Positions 59,621 to 64,000 of a DNA stretch of 64,000 bases are shown piece after piece. The notes beneath the pieces were generated by a model. It had not been told where the DNA came from. It saw nothing but the letters and a program-made list of their open reading frames with translations, and ran no database searches. The number at the start of each line of letters is the position of its first letter. Position 1 is the stretch's first letter. The DNA lies in assembly GCF_001194135.2 (NCBI RefSeq), contig NC_069004.1, positions 15,656,442-15,720,441 on the forward strand, given 5' to 3'. Position numbers and translations under genes: made by a program. The DNA comes from Octopus bimaculoides (Eukaryota).

Positions 59621-60773
59621 AAAATATAGTATTACTCAAGTTTTGGCATTGATTTAATTGGTTAATCTTTCCTCTCAAATTTCTGGCCTTTATCCTGTGA
59701 TTGAAAATTTTAAAAGAATTGTGTGTGTCATTGTAAAACATTCTTTAAACATTTGTTCCAGCTATTTATATTCTGAGTTCAGATTCTACCAAGATCAATT
59801 TTGCCTTTCATTTTCCAGAGTCAGTGAAATAAATTACCATCAAGTACTGGTTCATTAAGCTAAACCCAACCACTTCCCTGCGTGTTTTTTGTGCCTATGT
59901 TAAATTGTTATTGTTGTTATTTATGATGATTATAAAAAAGAAAACTTTGATTACCTAACATGCTGCTTGGTTTAACATTACCACTTTGTTTTTCATAGAT
60001 TTAACATACTCACCAATACCATTACCTGGTCATTGGATTTTTGAACACGTTGCATGATTTAACCTGGTCATAAACCTCATATACAATCTGGTTTAACACC
60101 ACCTTCTAATCTTTGAAAGCCATGCCTTTAGAGGAGCTCAGTCTGTTGAGACCAAATCCTTGGTTTCCTCCGTCTTCACATATTTTTCCTACTGGCACTG
60201 ACTTTCAAATGTTCAAGCTGGGCATCAATCTCTCCAATCTATGGGACAAAGCCCTGCAAAAACCATGGACATAGCAGCTCTTTGTGTGACTTTGTTCTTT
60301 TATTCCCTCAACACCTAGACACAACCTGTCATTGATTGGACCGTTTTAATATGTTATTCATAATAGCTACATTAACCCTAATCTGTTGAAATTTAGCTGT
60401 TTACTGATTTTGAAATGAAGTATCATCATCATCCTTTAATGCTTGTTTTCCATGCTGGCATTGGCTGGATAGTTTGACCAGAGCTAGCAAGCTGGGGAAC
60501 TGCACCAGGTTCCGGTTTGGCTTGGTTTCTACAACTGAATGCCTTTCTTATCACCAACCACTTTATAGTGTGTTCTGGGTGCTTTTCACGTGACACTGGC
60601 ATGAGTGCTTTTATATGTCACTGGCATAGGACTTTTGCAGGCCAATCCTCTTCACCAGGGTGAGTGGCCTTAACATTTCTTTTGTGGAGGACGGGTCTTT
60701 TTGAGTACTGCAAGGTGCTAGTTATCTTGGTCCTTTGTCATATCCACTTTAAAATGTTTCTTTTATTTCACAG

Positions 60774-60934
60774 GTCTTTTAAGCTCATTAATGTTGCTGG
60801 TCACTGCTGTCCAGTTAAACTGCCGTCCAGTGAAAATGTAACCAGTACAGAATCTGACCGTCAAGGTCTGTTTATCTATACACCTCTAACCTTTGGTGAT
60901 GTAATCTATGATGATAAAGTTCCCAGTAAAGTAG
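60774..60934 (+). CDS. TRAPPC9: TRAPPC9 coding exon 11 (SFKLINVAGHCCPVKLP...GLFIYTPLTFG...SKV); gene continues beyond the window
   Basis: TTTCACAG|G acceptor; TAG|GTAAGT donor, phase 2 to 1 continuous with exon 10. Aligns loosely to HVKLLNLPASLRPHKM...SPFIYSPI...KKID. Confidence 0.88.
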
Positions 60935-61344
60935 GTAAGTTAAATAATAATAATTTTAATTATAATTTGTATTTTATCATCAAGGCCAGTTCTTACAGAC
61001 CAAAAGATGTTACAAAAGCTTAATTACATAAGATCAGGAGGTGGGGACAAAAGACATTATACTGTGTGTTAAAGTATATCAAAATTTTAACTTTTTTAAT
61101 TTCACAAATAAACAAATGAGTATCCCACCACCTGTACCGGAAGTTTCTGACCTCTGACCTCTACCAGATGTCTTTCTCCTGAGCACCCCTAATGGCTTAA
61201 TATATGGAACACTTTCCCTCTCCCTTCCCCTCCATCCTTACCTAGTATCTATTTCCTGTTGAATGTAGTGACTATGTAGCGAATAAAATGATGGTGTAGT
61301 ATATGCAGGTTGAAGGCTATTTGTATGTTTATGAGATCTGCCAA

Positions 61345-63770
61345 ATGCAAGCTTTTTTTCAGGTGCATAATATAATGCTGCTGTCCCCCATCTCAGGGTC
61401 TCAACAGCCCACACCTTCCACACCCTCACAGTTGGCACATTGAAAGGTAGGTCTAGTGAGATTGTTGAGATGCTTGAATGGAAACATGTAGATTTGTGCT
61501 GCATCAAAGAAGTAAGGTAGAGAGGAAGTTCTGCTACGTTCCTCACAGGCAAAGAACATAAGTATAAGATTTTCTGGGTAGGGAACACTGAAGGGGTTGG
61601 AGGTGTGGGCATACGTCTTGCAGAGAAATGGGTTGATAAGGTAATCGAGGTAATCAGAGTCTGCGATAGAATACTTAAGATTAGATTAGTGCTGCATCAT
61701 GGGTTAGCAACCATTATCTCAGCTTACGCCCCACAGCCAGGGCTACCTGATGAAGAGTAAGACTGATTTTATGACAACCTCGTTGTTGAATGACAGGGAC
61801 CTTCTCTTTGTGGCTGGCAACTTCAATGGTCATATAAGACAACATCCAGGGAGCTTCCATGGTGTACATGGTGGCAACGGATTTGGTTCCCGCACTGAGG
61901 AAGGAACCAGGCTGCTGGAGTTCTATGATGCAAATGATCTTAAGATCTGTAATACTAACTTCAGGAAACCTGCCAGTCACCTGTTCATTTACCAGTCTGG
62001 TGGGCACACTAGTCAGATTGACTACATTCTCACCAGGAAACGGGAAAGATGACTACTTATAAATGCCAAAACTTTCCCAGGTGAAGAATGCACCCCACAA
62101 CATAGGTTAGTAGTTAGCGACTTCAGAATCATGGCTAAATAGCTGCCCAGAAGATGACCAGCATGGAAAGAAGGGTCTGGAAGCTTAAGGATCCTCTAAA
62201 TGTACAGAGATTTAGAGATGTATTACTTAAAGCTTTTGATGAAAAAGAGGAGGATATAGCATCACATAATGTGGAGGACAACTTGAGGTTCCTACAGGAC
62301 AACCTGTTGAGGGCTACTGACCAGATCTGTGGCTGGTGCAAACTCCCCTCTCAACCTTAGTGGTGGAACAATGTAGTTGAACAGGACCATTAGGAAAAAG
62401 AAGCAGGCATGAAAGGACTGGAAGTATGGTGGTAGCAGAGAGCTGTATCAGATCGCCAGAAGGGAAGCTAGGAGACAGGTTTATTTAGCCAGAGGGGAAG
62501 CAGATAAGAAAACATTTGCCAATGTTCTGCATTGTGAGGACCAGACTTGAAGTATTTCATATTGCAAGACAGTGTCTGAGAGAGAATCGTGATGTCATAA
62601 GAGAGAAATGTCTCCACATGGATGATGGCTCATTTGCATTTAATGATGCTGCAAAGAGAGCGACTTGGAGATGCCACTATGAAAGGTTGCTAAATAAAGA
62701 GAATGAATGGGAGAAAGAGAGTCTGTCAAATGTCAGCGCAACAGAGGGATCAGTGATTCGAATTGACAGCACCTTAGTAGATAAAACAATTAAGAGCATG
62801 AAGACAGAGAAAGCCCCCGGCCCATCAGGAATCACTGAGAGCATCGCTGCTAGAATAAGAATAGCCTGGGCAAAGTTCAGAGAGCTCCTACCTCTGCTGG
62901 TAACAAAGGGCCTCTTGCTCAGAGGGAAAGGTAGACTGTACGATGCATGTGTGTGAACAGCCATGCTACATGGCAGTGGAATATGGGCTGTTACTGCTGA
63001 GGACATGCATAAGCTTGAAAGAAATGAAGCTAGTATGCTCTGCTGGATGTGTAATGTCAGTGTGAATACAAAACAGAGTGTTAGCACCCTGAGAGAAAAG
63101 TTTGGCATAAGAAGCATCAAATTTGGTGTGCAAGAGAGACGATGGCACTGATATGGTCATGTGTTGCGTATGGATGAGGACAGCTGTGTGAAGAAGTGTC
63201 ACACCCTAACAGTGGTAGGAACCTGTGAAAGAGGTAGATCCAGGAAAACATGGGATGAGGTGGTGAAGCATGACCTTCAAACGTTGGGTCTCACCGAGGC
63301 AATGACAAGTGGCCGAGACCTTTGGAGATATGCTGTGATTGGGAAGACCTGGCAAGTCAAGTGAGGTTGTAGCTGTGGCTGATGCTTGTGTCGCATAACT
63401 GGCCCATTTAAAAGTACCCTTCAATTGTCAGGCAATATGCTGTGCTTGAGAAGACCACTTGAATCAAGGAAAATCATAGTCATGGCCGATGCTAGTGCCG
63501 CTTGACTGGCTCCCTTGGTGGTGGCAAATAAAAAGCACCATTCGAGCATGGTTGATGCCAGTGCTGCTAACTGGCCCCTGTGCTGGTGGCCTGTAAAAGG
63601 CAACTACTACACTCTTGGAGTGGTTGACATTAGGGAGGGCACCCAGCTGTAGAAACATTGCCAGATCACATTGAAGCCTGGTGCAGCCTCCTGGTTTGCC
63701 AGTCCTCAAGCAAACTGTCCAACCCATGCCAGCTTGGTAAGCAGATGTTAAACGATGATGATGATGATGA
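61345..63770 (+). mobile_element. Near full-length RTE LINE with a ~1.05-kb deletion of the RT core; complete 3'UTR and (GAT)n tail
   Basis: APE motifs from 61410; KAPGPSGIT is joined directly to ESIAARIRIAWAKFRELL at about 62837; tail aacccatgccagc...gatgatgatgatga. Confidence 0.92.
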
Positions 63771-63818
63771 TATATATATAAAAAATTAATGCACAGTATT
63801 AATTTATATATAATTTAT

Positions 63819-63985
63819 AGGTGTAGGAGTGGCTGTGTAGTAAGTAGCTTGCTTACGAACCACATTGGTTTCGGGTTCAGTCCCACTGCGTGGCACCTTG
63901 GGCAAGTGTCTTCTACTATAGCCTCGGGCCGACCAAAGTCTTATGAGTGGATTTGGTAGACAGAAACTGAAAGAAGCCCGTCGTA
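63819..63985 (+). mobile_element. tRNA-derived CORE-type SINE (octopus OR-like), 5' part
   Basis: A box tggctgtgtagtaag, B box ggttcagtccc, then accttgggcaagtg resembling the CORE domain (MIR gaccttgggcaagt). Family name is from memory. Confidence 0.8.
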
Positions 63986-64000
63986 TATATATATATATAT

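Overview
Eukaryotic, AT-rich, repeat-dense draft genomic DNA with 9 N-gaps. It is probably from an octopod cephalopod; this is inferred from the tRNA-/CORE-type SINE families, an abundant RTE LINE family with (GAT)n tails and the microsatellite load, and was not checked against a database. The one clear host gene is TRAPPC9/NIBP on the + strand. Eleven coding exons (21155-60934) have canonical GT-AG boundaries and consistent phases, total 2032 nt (677 codons + 1 nt) and match the N-terminal half of metazoan TRAPPC9; the gene continues beyond the window. Nearly everything else is decayed transposable elements: RTE, L1/Tx1-like, R4/Dong/NeSL-like and CRE-like RLE LINEs, a CR1/L2-group RT fragment, at least three Penelope-like lineages, three mariners, MITEs, a Helitron-like composite and three SINE families. 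I see no prokaryotic features, CRISPR arrays, rRNA or true tRNA genes, and I cannot demonstrate a wholly new biological system. The best leads are: (1) a type-I hammerhead-ribozyme-like motif with an intact catalytic core inside an inverted/direct-repeat cassette at 11.3-11.85 kb; (2) a ~340 bp, ~90% identical inverted repeat pair bracketing TRAPPC9 exons 8-10, an architecture that favours circRNA and ADAR editing; (3) a C4HC3 PHD finger embedded in the RT region of the resident RTE family; (4) a twin-priming-type inverted RTE insertion fused to a CR1-group RT fragment; (5) a ~85 aa insertion in TRAPPC9 with a frame-compensated tandem repeat, plus a candidate in-frame upstream exon 19 kb away. 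All identities and counts were made by eye.
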